From Alloascoidea hylecoeti (lineage: Eukaryota), in NCBI GenBank assembly GCA_001600815.1, contig BCKZ01000003.1, positions 748,581-812,580 of the forward strand: a stretch of 64,000 nt of DNA. The letters run 5' to 3'. Below, in pieces: positions 1 through 15,368 of this stretch. The stretch's first letter is position 1; each line of letters opens with the position of its first letter. A model generated the notes under the pieces. It saw only the letters and a list, made by a program, of their open reading frames with translations, did not search any database and was not told the DNA's origin. The translations under genes and the position numbers were made by a program.

Positions 1-621
1 GAAATGATTGAACATAAAGTTTCAACAACTGCAAATACAAGTTCAACTGAAGTTCATATTGAAACAAAATCAAATAAATCAAATGCACCAAGTTCAAATT
101 CAAAAATGTCAAATTATAAAAAAAGATTTTCATTAATTAGAGTTGGTACTCATGGTAATAAAAGTACAACATCTGTTACATCACAAAAGAAAAATAAATT
201 TAAATCTCATCATACAAGAAATAATACTGAAATGGATGGTGGTTATCCATTAGCTAATACAAATAAATCAAAAGAATCTAAAAATTCAAAAGGTCCTGGT
301 CATGCCCATAGATATAGTTTTTCATTATCTTTCATATCTGTTCCATTTAGTCATTCAAAAAGAGAAAGTGTTTCAAGTTCTGGTACAACTACAACTAATA
401 CAACTGGTCAATCAAGAGCATCTGCAACTGCAACTGGACCTGGTAAATCACAAAAATCAAAAAAATCACATGCTAAATCCCCATTGGAACATCCAGTTAT
501 GATTCCAAGGGCATCAACAACAGATCATCTTCCAATAAATGAAAAAAGTTCTCATTTAAAGCATAATAAAGGTCGAAAATTTATTAATTTTTTAAAAAGA
601 AATACTACAAAAGTTCATTAA
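1..621 (+). CDS. 3' end of a gene that starts before the window; low-complexity Ser/Thr/Lys/His-rich C-terminal tail
   Basis: Frame is open from base 1 to TAA at 619-621 with protein-like codon use. It ends in a basic amphipathic tail (KGRKFINFLKRN). No recognisable domain. Confidence 0.75.
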   Translation, partial: EMIEHKVSTTANTSSTEVHIETKSNKSNAPSSNSKMSNYKKRFSLIRVGTHGNKSTTSVTSQKKNKFKSHHTRNNTEMDGGYPLANTNKSKESKNSKGPGHAHRYSFSLSFISVPFSHSKRESVSSSGTTTTNTTGQSRASATATGPGKSQKSKKSHAKSPLEHPVMIPRASTTDHLPINEKSSHLKHNKGRKFINFLKRNTTKVH

Positions 622-825
622 ATTTAAAAATTCTAAAATTTGAAATTTAAAAATAATAGTTGCTGGATTCCACTATTATATATTCTGTTGTTATCTATTA
701 TAATGTTTGTGTCTCTCATTTTTTTAACATTAGTATTTTCTTCATAATTATAAAGGTTTATAAAAGGAAAAGGTTGCATGGATAAAACTGAAAAAAAAAA
801 AAAGAAAAGAAAGAAGGAAGAAGGT

Positions 826-950
826 ACTTTATTTTTATTTTTATTTTTATTTTTATTTTTATTTTTATTTTACTTTGAATTTATTTCCTTATTTGAATTT
901 TATTTTCATTTTCATTTTCATTTTCATTTCACTTCATTTCATTTCATTTT
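826..950 (+). repeat. (TTTTTA)n/(TTTTCA)n microsatellite tract in the T-rich trailer of the first gene
   Basis: Visible directly; explains the spurious FLFLFL/FHFH ORF at 778-1107. Confidence 0.9.
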
Positions 951-1494
951 ATTTTTCTTGTTTTTGTCTTTTCATTCATTAATGATCAATCATATATTTA
1001 TTTTGTTTTTTAATGTTGTAGTTCACATTGACTCTATATCTTTCCTTTTCTTTTTCCTTTTTCTTTTTCTAATTTCACTTTTTGTTAATATTACCAATGA
1101 TATTTAATTTGTTGGTTAATGTTAACCTATATAATTACTTATACATGGCACTATTTGATTATAATTACGTCCTAATATTCATCTTTGCATTTCACTTATT
1201 ATTTCAATATCTTTTTTTTTTTTTTTTTATCCAACTAAGTTTCATTCACTTATCTATATTTGTGGAACTTTCCATTCGGATTGCTTTTTTTTTATTTTTA
1301 TTTCTTGTCTTTCATCTTTTATTAATCTTATAATTACTTATCTAATTTGATTTTGTTGATTGTTTTTTCATCATTTTTTATCTTTTCCTGTTAATCATTT
1401 TATCTCTCTCTACCAAAAAATTAAACAGAAGACTAAAAAATTGTTTATAGTTTTTTTTGCCCACACCCTCTCATCATACATGTTTTTTTCACAC

Positions 1495-1495
<1 letters not shown>

Positions 1496-1542
<47 letters not shown>
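1496..1542 (+). repeat. (TAT)n microsatellite
   Basis: About 15 perfect TAT units. Confidence 0.95.
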
Positions 1543-1543
<1 letters not shown>

Positions 1544-4500
1544 AAAAAAAAATTTATTTGAAATTTAATCAAGTGGTATTTGTTAACCAGTCATAAGTAC
1601 TAAGATCTATATATTTTGTTCTTGCTATTGTTGTTATTATTAGTTTTTACAATTTGGCTGATTTTGTAATTTGCGCAAGTAATCATCATGAGTTCTTTAT
1701 TTTTTTAAAATTTGCTATCCTCATATCTCTTTGTTATTGTTTGCTTTATATTGTTATAAAAAAGAAAATAACAACAATAATAATAATATCCTTAAACTAA
1801 AAAAGAAAAAACTATGTTATAAAAAGATGCTTTTAAATTTTGCAATTTGTTGTTTTAAAAATTAATTTGATTTTTAATTTGTATTTCGAAACTTTCAAAA
1901 TTATTCATATCCTATTGTTATGTTTTTATAATTACACTATTTAATACTTGTTTTTTTCAAGTTTTGTTCTAATAGCTAGCAATAGTTTATAATTAATCTT
2001 AGAACCGTTCGGTTTAATGAAGTTACTTTTGATTTTTTTCCACAGCGGGTAAATGCTCTACGGCAAATGGCAACTTTACACAAATCATTTTATTATTAAT
2101 TTTTCTTTTAAAGCTCGAATAATGGAACTCGTTGGTTATCTTTGTAACAAAAATACATATATCATAAATTTTTTAGAAGTATGCTTTAATCACTATTATT
2201 AAGTATTAAAATGGCAGTGTATTCCCTTTCAGCGGAGCACAAGAACTCTAAAGACTATGTAAAAGTTAAGTTTTCACGATGCACGTGGATATTGCATATA
2301 ACCCATTATAGCTTCATACAGGAATTCATCTTCAAAATCAAAATAAAAGTTTCAACTATGCCAATTTGTTGATTATAACCAAAGTCATCAATCTATTTTT
2401 ATGCCATATATAAAGTTTATATTTTTGTCATTGGCTCTTTCATGGTCATAGATTATCATGGTTCATGAAACTAATAATAATATTTCAAATTTAATGTTTG
2501 AATTTCAAAGTTTTGGACATGTAATTTTTAATATACGAATGGATACACATAAACTTAACTGAATATTAATATAATTATTAGAGAATAAAATTAATTCTAG
2601 AATTCTTTAAATACTGATAGCCGCAGAGATCAAGTTCAATACAAAATAATTGAATTTAAAACTTAAATTTAAATAGAATCAATGACGATCCGCAATTCCA
2701 ATTATCATCATCAATTATAAGTTAATGTTAGCGCTCAACCGTAAATACATATATTTGAATGATATGACTAGATGTTAGACGGTCATATAAAGTCTGGCCA
2801 TGGTCAATTGTAAAAAAAAGTCATCAGTATAACACTAGAATGCAGATTGGAAAATGTAAATCAAAAGGAATCTAGAAGGTTAAGCCAAAAGATAATTCAA
2901 ATTATATACCATTCTTCTTTTTATTATATATATAAAACATAGGTATACGAGCTACCATCTTGCTATTAATTGTAATTGTTTCATTATCCCATAAGTCTGG
3001 ACATAGCCCCGCTGGTGTTCATTCTGCTACAACATTTTATTTGTTTTGGGCAAGCGTAATTAAGAGAAGTGTAACTGCATTCGATTGCAGGCAGCTACTA
3101 ACGCAGGTACCAACATGCTTATAATTACAATATACTGTCAAAAAACAACTGAAAATCTGAATCAGGGGCAGCCTGTCATTCAAAAGTCTCAAACATGTCA
3201 ATGCAAGGTTTCAGATTCCCAATAACATTTAATTAGCACAATTCTTTGTTGTCTCTTTTAAGAGTAACCAGAGTACCAAGCTTTTGTAATGAGACCAAAA
3301 TACAGAATTGATGCTTTTCTAGGGTTCACTTTTTTGCAGAGCTTACCGTACTAACTTTCCAACATCATCGACAGTAATCATATATAAACTACTTGTATTT
3401 CAACTTCGAGTTATAATGCTCGAGATTTGAAAACTGATTAGTATACTGAGTTTAAACCGAATTAAGATGGCCCATATTTGTGAAACAACTCGACATACGT
3501 TGATCATCGTCTAATAAAGGCCATGTTCAATCAGAATTAAGATGTAGCAATATCTAAGTTAGTTATATTGATTTTGTTGATAAGGGTATTATAATTGGTA
3601 TATTTGTATTATATAGCCTATATGGTGTATTCGGATGATGTAACTGAAACTCAAGTTGAGAATGATAATTAGATAACTATTTAATTTGATAGCTAGAAGT
3701 GGAAGCATATTCTTCAAAAGGTTTTGGACATATGATATATTGGCCTAGCCTGATTAGTATTTATAATTTTACATTTATCATTAATATTCATTATATATGC
3801 AATATATATTAATAGATATCGAGCATGTATATTAGCAGTGTAGCACTCAAAATCTAGATTATATTGTGAAGTGTTTCGAATTAGACTTCAATTTTAGATA
3901 TTCTGATATATACATAGAATGGCGGACTTTCGAAGAAAATAATCTAGATCCTTAACATGGGAATTGGTCACTTTATGGTCTATACTAAGATACTTGTATA
4001 TTAAAATTACAATTGGACTTTACCCGTGTGTTTAAGGAAGTAAATAATAGTCAGTAATTGACATATTAATGATGTAAATTAATTGTTGACACATCACTCA
4101 TTAAAATATTAATATGCTTAAAATATATGCATTTAAATCGGTATATTGTAATTTTTATTATTGATCATGAGATCAATCAATTGCAAGGGTTTATATAATT
4201 ATTATACTTAGTTAATTTGAACGGAAATTTATAATTACATTGTTGTATAAGTTCAACTTTTATAAATGAAACGCTTGCCTTATTAATATATAATTATGGT
4301 CATCTGCCTCGATGGTTACTAATTTCAATTTCACTTGCAGTTTGAAATATTAAGTGTCATAATTATAATCTTAAGTGCATATATGCATGAGAGATTATTG
4401 CCTTTTTTAGTCACAACAGATCTAGATGTTAAATATGATTTTAGAAAATTTAAATTGAATATATTGCAATTATACAATTGAGCATGTTGCTAATATAATC

Positions 4501-7500
4501 TGGAGTATACTGAAAGATTAAAAGGAATCAATTAAAATCAAAATAATATTACAAAATTAATTGAAAGCGTATAGAGAATTTGTTTTCACGTTGTATACAT
4601 GTATTAAACCAGGATCAAAGATATTTCATGCTTATCATTGATCTGGTCAATCTCGAGCATTTTCCGTCGCTATCGTTTAAATAAGGATTTAGAAATTCAT
4701 ATTAATTAATAATGGTTTACAGAATGGATTAATTTCCCCCTTAAGCCTTTAATGAATTTTATAACAGATTAATCAATAACAATTATTTTACATACCAAAG
4801 ATTATGTCGAAACCAGATGTGTGTAATTGATTATTAGCTAGTATTCACAGCGGCTAAATAGTTATAGATAAGAGCTTGGGTCATGTAATCAGCTCTCTAT
4901 TTATGCTGACCATGCCCATTGCCCACCTTCTTTTACTGCTTGAATAATTGATTTATTAATATGATATATATTAGCTGTACGCATGGATACATGTATGCAA
5001 ATCCAAACCGTGCTTTGCGTCACACTCTTCAAATTCTTTTAATATAAATTTGTATGATAGCAAAACTCATGACTAATATTACCATATATTTATAGTAGGT
5101 AAGTATAATTAAGTCAAGGAAGCTATTTTGTGGAATGTTTTTATTTTTGACAAACGAAACTACTTGTATGCTACCATAATTACTATACTCCTGTATACCG
5201 ATATATTTATTTTACTCGTTTATTATGTCGCTGAATGAGGCTGATACTAGTTGTGGGAAGTTCAAGATAGAATTTGTATTGATATTGGTAGAGCAACTAT
5301 TTATTTGATATTTATATATAGTTACATATATATAAAGTTTACACAGGTATACTATATGAATCCGGACCCTATGGGATACAAACACAATTATTTCTTAAAA
5401 TTTCCACGCCTTATAAACAAATGAAAATTGTACTATAATTTATATAACTTTAACATAACCCTAATTGTACCAAAGCTAGAAGTATAATTAATATATATAT
5501 TATAATTATAAACATCTTTTTTGCAGTTGCGATCTATAGCCACATACAACACCTTCGACTTCAATTGCGAATAATGGTTATCCCATAGGTAGTCTATATA
5601 ATATATAATATATGCGTATGACACTATAATACATACCGTTAATATTAATATAAAGGATTCACTATCAGTTACTTATTTGAGTGTAATAACCATTTGTTTT
5701 GAGACATAGATATACGATCTCAACGGTTTAATAATATTGGTACTAGATCTGCTATGTAGATGAGTTTATCTACGAATCCTAGTACCAATAACTGTAAACA
5801 AAAATGGTGAGTTAGATTGCACGTGTACCGGTACATTGCTGAGTATTTAGTGGTGTTCAATGCTGTTAGCTATTATTATATTTGTTGGCAGTTGTTTTAT
5901 GAAATGTTAACAAATATCGATAATGGTCCACGTCGACTCCATGAACACGAAGATAAAGGGAGCTGCAAAGTTAGATACATAAATTAAATATATGCCTATG
6001 TATGCATTTTATATATGATCAAGGGTAATATAATTAGAATTGCAATTGGGACATCAACGGCTCTAAATATAAATAACAATATTTCCAAATATACACTGTA
6101 TATGATATATATATATAAGCTTAAGTTAGAATTGTCTTCAAATTTAGAAAGAACTCAGTTGCAATAATAACTTTTGGTGGCTTTGGTAGCTATAGCTATA
6201 GTTTCAAATTAAAAGGATTTGTAATTTTGTGCACCTATATTAAAACATTGTGTATGCAATCAAGCTTGGTTTAATTAACAACTTGTACAGTATATTATAT
6301 TCAACTGCTAACTACGTTTATGTAGAGCTATTAAGTCATTTCAACGTTAACTATGTATAAAGCTTATAAGGCTTATATTTGTCGTGGAGAAATTAACTGC
6401 TGTGTCTTCATATTCTCTTTCAATATGCATATGCAATATTATGTAATTTCAAGCTTAATCTTATATAAGATATAATTACATAAATATGCATATGCATATA
6501 AGCCAATATTATCCATTATTAAATATATTGCTTAAAACTTGGATACAAATTGGAAATATTAATTAATGGATCATATTTACGAAATATAGATCTGCCTTAA
6601 ATTCTGAAATTTTTTGAATAAAAATAATCAGGAGTCACACTCTAATATTAATAATTTACTGTAATAAAATCAATTAATGAATTAATTGGGAATTTACATA
6701 ATATAGAAGGCTGTCAGAAGTCAGAAGTAGCGATATTACTTAATAATATTGATATTACGTATATAAACAATTCCAAAATAATATCAGAGATGGTTATTGT
6801 AAGATTTATAAAGACATATCACCCGACAGATTTAATTATAATAAGTGAAACTGGTAATTAATAGTTTGGTTGGTTGTAATTGGTTGAGTGTCAAGCAAAT
6901 AGCTATTGCGAAATAAAAAATCAAATAAACAAAAATATAATTACTTAATAAAATAACAATATGACTCGCCTCAAGTTTGCACTAAAAGCAAACTACGAAC
7001 ACATGATGGAGTATCAATGTACAATACTTACAAATGTAAAATAAGAAGTTTAGAACATATTATTGATCAATTGCAACACTTTCAATATATATTATTATGT
7101 AAAATTCATCAATATTAATTGCAATTGTAGCAAGGTTTTCTTGCTTTTCATGTTAAGACCTAAAATCGGAAAACATCATATCTATAATGTATTTTTTTGG
7201 CCGAAACTGGAAACCGCGATTTCAGGTGAATAAAATATAATTTATAATTAAAAAGCATACTTTTGGTGAAGACACTCTCTATCTTAGACTCTTAGTCGAT
7301 CATTTTTATTTTTGTTTTCTTACTATAATTTTAAATAGATATAAATTTAAAATTGTACATTGTTATCACCCAATAGTCAATATTACCATTGTGATTAAGG
7401 TATAATTAACATTAAGATATCGAAAATTATTTTATGCTGCCAAGAGACAGCATTAGTTATAGATTCCCTCCTACTTAAGCTTAAACCTAATACAGCACAA

Positions 7501-9311
7501 CAGTAATTATAATAGTAGCCTTTCTGACTCTGAAAAACTCACACGGTCACATAATGTAGTTATTTATTTATAATTTTAACAAGAGATATAAATTGAGTAT
7601 TCTTGTTTAAAAAAACTCATAAAATAATAAGCATCGTTAATGAGTTCCGGATCAATGGCACCGAAATATAGTTATATAACATTTCTTATTTAGGCAAGAA
7701 CTCTGTGCGTGCTTATACTGTTGCGCTCGCTTGGAATTAAAATATATGTCAAAAACTTCTCACCCATATAACTGTTAATTCGGCGACCATTTAGATTTTA
7801 ACATTATAATTACCATTTGATTAAATCAAATTCAAATAGAATTGTGCTCTCATGCCTACAACCCCCATACCTAAAAGTCCTAAAGAAGAGTTCCTTGGGA
7901 CAATGAATCATTATTTTAAAACTTGAACTCGAAATTTAGTAATAGCTTTGGACATAGCTATTGATAGGATAAAAAATTAAAACCCGGAATAGTAATAAGA
8001 ATTTATCAATATTAAACCTAGCTATAGGTATGAGGTACTGAATCTAGTGATCTATATATCATGCTCTAGAACTAGAACCAATATTCACCCTGTCAATTAG
8101 CAAGATTTGGACATTTATATGATCCATGAAAATTTTTTTTTTTCACCTAATATGAACCATTTAATTTTTAACTATTTATTGTAATTGTTATTATAATTGG
8201 GATCAATGTAAGACTGACTCACTTATAAATTCTATGATTTAGTGAAGTGAATAATTTTAAATTTGAAGTAATAGATATCTCAAATAAGCTTAATATGAAT
8301 ATATGCATGGACGTGTTATATCTATCATCATGGCTTTAAAATTCGGAACAAAAAAAAATTGGAATTGGGTTTTGATGGTTTCAGATTTTTGCAGCTGATC
8401 AATTTAAACAATGTTAATTAACACAAAGGTTCGTAATTTTGTGTTCATAATTTTAAATATCAAAACGGTTGCTGTCAATCGATTAGCTATGGCTTTTACT
8501 AGTAGAGAAGCACAATGTATAATCAGAACCGGATATCAGAACCCGGCGCGAGAACTAATTATAGCTAAGCTCTTTGAATATTTGGGGATTTTCACTTGCG
8601 GGAATGTGTGAACTATAAGCTTTAAATTTTTCTGCAATATCCTATAGGTCTAAAAGATATGATACCAGCCGTGATTATCCTGTATATAGGAATTGGTCAT
8701 AAATACTAGATAGTACAATTTTAACTAATATGTCAAATTTATGTTTATCATTCTCTTGAATGTTAATATTAATGTGTGTTATGATCATGAAAAATAGAAG
8801 GTGGCTATTGTGAAATTATGAAACAAAAGAGCATCTGACATATAGCTATACCGTATAACGCTATGTTAAGCGTCTAAAATTAAAATCCACAATTGCAATT
8901 GGTTAACAGATTTGACATCAACAGAATTCTCGTAATTCTGTGGTTCGATATTTTTATGATAATAGTTTTTAATGCTAATCACTCTTCCTTATAATATCTT
9001 TGTATAGTTGCTAGTGAATAACACATTATCATTGATCAATTGACAATACGAAGAATACAGATATTCGGAAGAAAATTACGAAACCAAACAGGTGAACAGT
9101 TAACAGTTAACAAAGTCAAGGTAATTTTTATGCAACTTACGATATCATCCACATTCAAATTCAATTGCAAATCCAATTAATATTAATGTACCATGGTTAA
9201 TATATTCAGTGTTGTTTGTATTTTTAATTTTTGGGTTTTGTCCAAAAGAGTGAGAACACCCATTATACCAAACCACCTCCAATTGAAATCAACACAAGCC
9301 AATTTAAGCAA

Positions 9312-10574
9312 ATGCTGGCCCCGGTTTCCTGCTTGAGAAAATGTTCAAATATTTCTAGATATTTGGTATACTATTGCTCATATGATGGCCTGACCACTGT
9401 GCGGGGTCAAAGGAGTATACATGTCGGCCAACCTCCTGTGGTTACGGTTCCTAGCTCAATTAACCTGAAAGATGTGATTGGACATGTTGAACAGATCCCT
9501 TCCGCTGAAAAATGGCAAACTTCTGAAGGTAAGCATTTTAATGTCACCATATAATTTGAACTGGAACTTAAATTAATCCCATTTTTAGACCCATCTTTTA
9601 GAACTCTAGGTAATCCTCCTTCTTTAATGTCAATATATGTTCCATCTTCCTTGCCATTTTATACCCGCCGTGGCTCTTTAATATCAATTCAGGGAGACAC
9701 AGGAAGTTCAATTACGAATACCTTTAGCTCATTATCTGCTAAGAATATCATTTTCAATTTATTATTAGGATTTCCGGTAGTTTATCAAAAAATTGATTCA
9801 CTTTCCTCTCTATCCCTTTTAGTATCTAGTGAAACAAGCTCTAATAGGCCTTTACCATCTTTAACTTCTCTAACATTGGATGGTAGGGTTGATTGGGCAA
9901 TTTTTCCTAAAAGTTCAGTTCATTGTTACATAGGTAATGCTTTGATAATAAGACCAATATGGAGGTCTCTAAAGAGCATTTTCACTAAAAAGAAAGTAAC
10001 ATCGGGGCTTACCTCTTTAAAAACATTGGGGGTAACCTATATTTCAGGTCGTGGTACCATTGGCCTTAAAGGGGATGGACAAATATATCAGATAAAATTA
10101 AAGGAAAATGAGGATATTATGCTTCATGGACGTTCACTATTAGGAATGTCTGTAAATAGCGTTAAAGATGTTGATTCCGCAATTTCTTCTTTTACCCTAA
10201 AAAAGTCGGAATCAACATCAATAAAAGAAACTGAGGTTGATATTCAATCAAATAAATTGTCTCCGCCCCTGGAAATTGTACACTCGGAAGAATATCTCTC
10301 GTCACTACCTTCTAACACCAGCTGGAGGTTGTTATCAACAAAACTACTAGAGGGGTTGAAACGTATATTGAGCTACTCTCAAATTATTCTCTCAACAGCC
10401 TCTAAATATATTCTAAAATCCCTTTATGGTAATGAAGGATTTGTGAGAATCAGTGGTCCTCGCGTGATTTTAATTCAGTCGGACTCATTTAAAATGGGGT
10501 TTCCTCATCTCGTACGGTCTGATAGAGGAGAAGTTGAGAAAATAGAAAACTTATTAAATTTAGATAAAAAGTAA
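9312..10574 (+). CDS. AIM24: Mitochondrial protein Aim24; exons 9312-9528 and 9589-10574 (400 aa)
   Basis: A 60-nt intron GTAAGC..TTTTAG (9529-9588) joins two ORFs in frame. Motifs LGNPPSLMSI..YTRRGSL, LDGRVDWAI, GRGTIGLKGDGQIY, FVRISGPRVILIQS. Presequence-like N-terminus. Confidence 0.8.
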
Positions 10575-11240
10575 TTATCTCCATAAAAATATAAATAGAT
10601 TGATTCATATATGTGCCAATGTGACGCCTCATACGTATAATATTCCAACAATATCCATATTACCATATTTGGTAAACATATTTGCCAATACTAAAATTAT
10701 TATTTAAATAAGATAAATAATATACCATAGATATATGTAAGTACATAGAGCCTTACAATATGACATAAATTATATACGTTTACATCATTTTTTATTGGAA
10801 ATTATAAGTTTAACAGATTCAATACTAATGTATTTTTTACTATGATTAAAATGAACCGAGCTAAATATCTAAATAAAATGATATATTAATAACGTCAAAA
10901 AACTGGAAATAATACACACCGTGAGCTCAACATACAAACAATGCAAGTAATGAAAGACAAGTAAAATAAGCAATTGAATATTTTTGACAACTAATGGAAG
11001 ACAAACGAATGTCTTTTTCAACAACAAAAAATATTAGTGAGCGAAATAGCGAAAGTCTTGGGGCGCCTTCCATTAGCATAACAATCAGCATAACATAACA
11101 TAACATAAAATAAAATAAAATAATATAAAATAAAAAGAGGAAAATTAAATATATCTGGTGAACAAAATCAGATCAAAAATGTCTATAGTAAGCGAATGAC
11201 GAATAGTTAATTATAACGATATTAAGTATATGATGTCAAA

Positions 11241-12943
11241 CTACTGCTTTAATCCAGAAGTTGGTAGTTGATCGACAATTTGTGATAATTGAGGTAAATT
11301 CTGTCGTTGCAACGATTGGTATTGCGCCTGTTGCGACTGCGAATTCGAAGGAGTATGCGAGGTATAGCTCTGCTGCACCTGTGTGTTACCACTATAACCA
11401 GGATATTGGAAAGTATCAGCACTTGTACCCCCTGAAGCATTCAGCCCATATCCAGACTGTACAACATTCGGAACAAAACTGACAGGTAGTTGCTGGCTCA
11501 TGCTGTATGTACCATAATATAAGGGCATCTGAAAATTTTGTGTGCTCTGAGCGCCACTACTTTGATTTGAAAGATTAGAAACCGACTGTGAAACTTGATA
11601 GTAAGAGGGTTGAAGTACCTGATTAGGCAACATTTGCAATTGAGATTGTTGCAATTGCTGACTCTGGCTCTGTATATCTTGCTCCTGTCTCTTCTGTTTA
11701 TGTTTTGTTGTTCTTGGTGAAAATCTTGTCAGGCCACCTGGTCCAGTCCTAGAGCCACTATATCTACTGACCACCTTTCTCAAAGCATCGGCTAGTTTGT
11801 ACCATAGAAACACTTTCACATCTTTTTCGATATTTCTGGGTTTTGGAGCACCGAATCCCATTATAAGCTTAAAGAAGTTATCAAACTTCTGGTGTCCCTT
11901 TGATACAGTTAATGGTTTGAATGCTTGTAGATTTCTCCTGATTCTGTTCTTTTCCTCGATAGAAAATTTTGTGTCTATTATACCTTCTAATAAATGAATT
12001 GTATCAACTGAGGTGACATAAAACTGATTCAGTTCTTCCCAATATATACAGTTAATGCATGCCATGTTGTACTTATAGTCTTCGACATCTATAGGTTCAA
12101 ACGTAACCTTAATGGTTGATCCAACCTGCACCTTATTAAACTTAACAATACGCCTTTTATATTTCACTTCTTTTGGAGTCCAATTTAACATCATGTCATC
12201 TAAATCTCCATAGATTTCAAGCTTGGCTCCTCTCTTCTCCTCTGTGTTTATAGGCGAAGACATATTGGAAGAGGATCCCTGTGGACTTCTCAATGTATCT
12301 GACATCAGATCTTCCTGTCTGTCATGGTCTATTGAGTTACTTCTAGTATATGGCGAAGGGTACGAAGAGTGTACTGAAGTCTGTAAGGATTGGATATGTG
12401 CCAGTTGACTATAGTATGACATATTAGGGTCAGTAGAAGACCCAGCTGCAGATGTAACCAACTGATTTGATACTGGAAACTGAGAATCAACATAACATTG
12501 AGATGAGGTAGAAGGAGTTTGTTGGTGTGGTGTCTGACTAGATCTTCCTAGATTGTCACTTAAAATAGTATCATATGGACTTAAGGCATACGATGTTAGA
12601 TATAGCAAATAAATAATATAATTTTATCTTATAAGACATACCTTGAATACTGATTCAGAGGATAAGATTTATCACGAGAAGTAAAACCTAAATTTGAATA
12701 CATTGAAAAAGAGTTTGATAAAGGAATTGCTGGTATTGATTTGGATTCGTAATTATATGTGTCTGTAGTATATTCTTTTTCGTACTGTGAAGTAAGTGAT
12801 GAAACGCTAGGTAAAACAACGGATTTAGGTGAAGATGATGTAAAAGAGCTGTAACTGCTTGTACTTAATGATAAAGAAGATGGCGAAGAATTATAGGCGG
12901 ATATATTCTGACTTTGTAAAGGTTGGACTTGCGAGTGGCTCAT
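11241..12943 (-). CDS. medA: MedA/Medusa (ACON-3)-like developmental regulator with Q/S-rich flanks; exons 12943-12642 and 12579-11241 (546 aa)
   Basis: Core CINCIYWEE..FYVTSVDTIHLLE..KFSIEEKNRIRRNL..FFKLIMGF..PKPRNIEKDVKVF matches the MedA domain as I recall it. A 62-nt intron GTATGT..TCTAAC..TAAG (12641-12580) keeps the frame. Confidence 0.8.
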
Positions 12944-15090
12944 AATAGAGTGAAAAAACTATTGAGAAGCTGAAGTAGTGAAAATAACGGATTTCTGTAG
13001 GTACTTATAACTTGGAAAATATGTACGAAGTTTACAAGCCATTTGCATAATATTGAATATTCTCGAGGTCAAGAATAAAAATTAGCAGGCACGTTAATGA
13101 TAAAAATAAAATATACTGGGATATCTTAATCAGTTTTCATAAATCATGGTAATGCTGGCTTCTGTAATTCTGTACGGGGTACACTGTAAGGAACAGACAA
13201 TTATTTTGATAATAATATCTACATTAATATCAATCATTATCCTAGTCGGAATTCTTGGTAGTCAAGAGTAGGATATGCTGCTCAAAATTATTTTAAAATT
13301 ACTTCAAACCTCTTTTCTGAAGTGAAAGCAAAAACAAAAAAGAAAATTAATAATATTTAATCAATAGCATACTAAGTAATTTTAAAACGCTGAAAATAAG
13401 GGAAGTAAGATAATTAGAGAATTCTACTACAAATGTGAATGGTGTGACAGGTATTATAAGTTGTAAGTTGTATATATAACATAATAAATATAATTATAAA
13501 AAGGAAAAATGAATATGCAAAATGAGATATGCGCATGTATATGAGATATGCTACACATATATTTTACACAACGACAAGTAATAAATTATTTATTTATTCA
13601 TTTATTATTAATATTTCTTCAGAATGGACAGTGCATAATAATAATATTAATGCTCCCAAACGTTTCCTGTGCCTGTCTTTTATATAATTAAAAGCGAATG
13701 ATGCGAGAAGGAAAAACTAAATGTACAAACCATTAAAATATGAGACATACATATTTGCTTGTTTGTTTGAGCCTTACTATGAGTTTTAATGAGGATTAAA
13801 TATATAGTGAGAAAGTGTGTTATATCTGAAACCGCCGAAACGTAAATAGGCTTACAGCACAGCAGTGATGTATTTTATGTCAAACGCCAATCAACTTAAA
13901 ATTATTTGCAATTGGGCCTCGATTGCGGATCGGGATTCTGTAACAGAATGATTCATGAAGAAAAAAGAATGTAGAAATCATGTACGGCACATATTTATAT
14001 AATCCGAGTGAATAATTAATGACATCAAAAATATATTATAGTAAATAGATATACATGTATAGACCTTCTTATTTTATATTGTTAATATCTTTAATTTATT
14101 GTATCTAAGTTTAAATATATGTTTTCTAGATTCCCTTTAATACGAATGCATATATCGAAATTAAAAATGGTTAGAACTAACTACACTTCAAAAACAGATC
14201 TTCGAAAGAACTTAAGTTACAGGAGATTTATATAATAAATTTAAATAAATTGCAATTGCTTATAGTATAACTTATATTCGTATTATATATAGTATATTAA
14301 TTTTGGCCATTTTTTGATATTATAAATTACAATACGTGTATACATAGTACTATACCTACTGATTTCGGTCTCGCATTATAAGTTTTTGCGAGGTTGTAGA
14401 CTAGTTGTTGTAGACTAGTTGTTGTGTATTATATCGATACCATATCACATATACTATAAGTAAATAATAATTTGTAGATTGTGCTCTTATAAGATCTTTT
14501 CAACTGGAGTTCTATTCTAGACCCTATATCTATCATATTTTTATTATTTTATGCAATTTAACATGTTATTATTCAAGCGGGCCGATCAAACAGGAGCTCC
14601 ATCTGATTTCGCCATGCCTTAAAATTCTTTAAATGAAAATCCAGATATTGTTATTTTTCTGTAAATGATGATGGTCACATTTAAGAAGTCACACATTCTC
14701 GAGTTTGCCAAAAAGTCCTTCAATGCATAGAAACATAATTATAAGCATAATTATAAGCAACAGCAATCAACAGTGATTCAACACTATTGACAACATTCAC
14801 GTGGCAATCGGGAATAGGAGATCATTTGTCAATTATAATTATTTAATTATCTCCTTTTCAGCAGAATGGAAAAAAAGAAAAGGCATTGATTCGCTCAGGG
14901 GATGTAGCAAGATATATTAATTGGCTCTGTGACAAAATGTAAAACTACAAAAATTGAGTGATATCTCATTTTCGTATTAACATAATTAGCTAGTAAATGT
15001 AGTGTTAATGATAGAGATATAAGTTTTATGATTGATAAAGATCAATCGCAACGGCATGTTAATATTGTTGTAGTGCATTTTAGTGAAATA

Positions 15091-15368
15091 TTCTATTTTA
15101 TGAAAATCTGTTGCTCTGTTAGACGGTCAGACAGTTGAGGTCTTGATCAGTGTTCTAAACCGAAGATTTAGATCTATAGCTAGCTAATATGTGCGCATAG
15201 CTTATACAGTATATTCCCAATTTTTCAATCTTGGAAAAACAGTCCATATATTTCTATGTTACCTTTTTATAATTATTGAGTCTTACAAATTGCAATTGAG
15301 AACTTAATGCTTCTATTTATTTTATAAAAATCTGTTAGTCTGTTAGATGGTCAGACAATTGAGGTCTT
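15091..15368 (+). repeat. Imperfect direct repeat of about 55 bp (15091-15144 and 15311-15368)
   Basis: aaaatctgttgctctgttagacggtcagacagttgaggtctt versus aaaatctgttagtctgttagatggtcagacaattgaggtctt. Confidence 0.85.

Noticed and set aside
778..1596. Phe/Tyr-rich ORFs
   Set aside because: Translations of microsatellite and T-rich trailer DNA.
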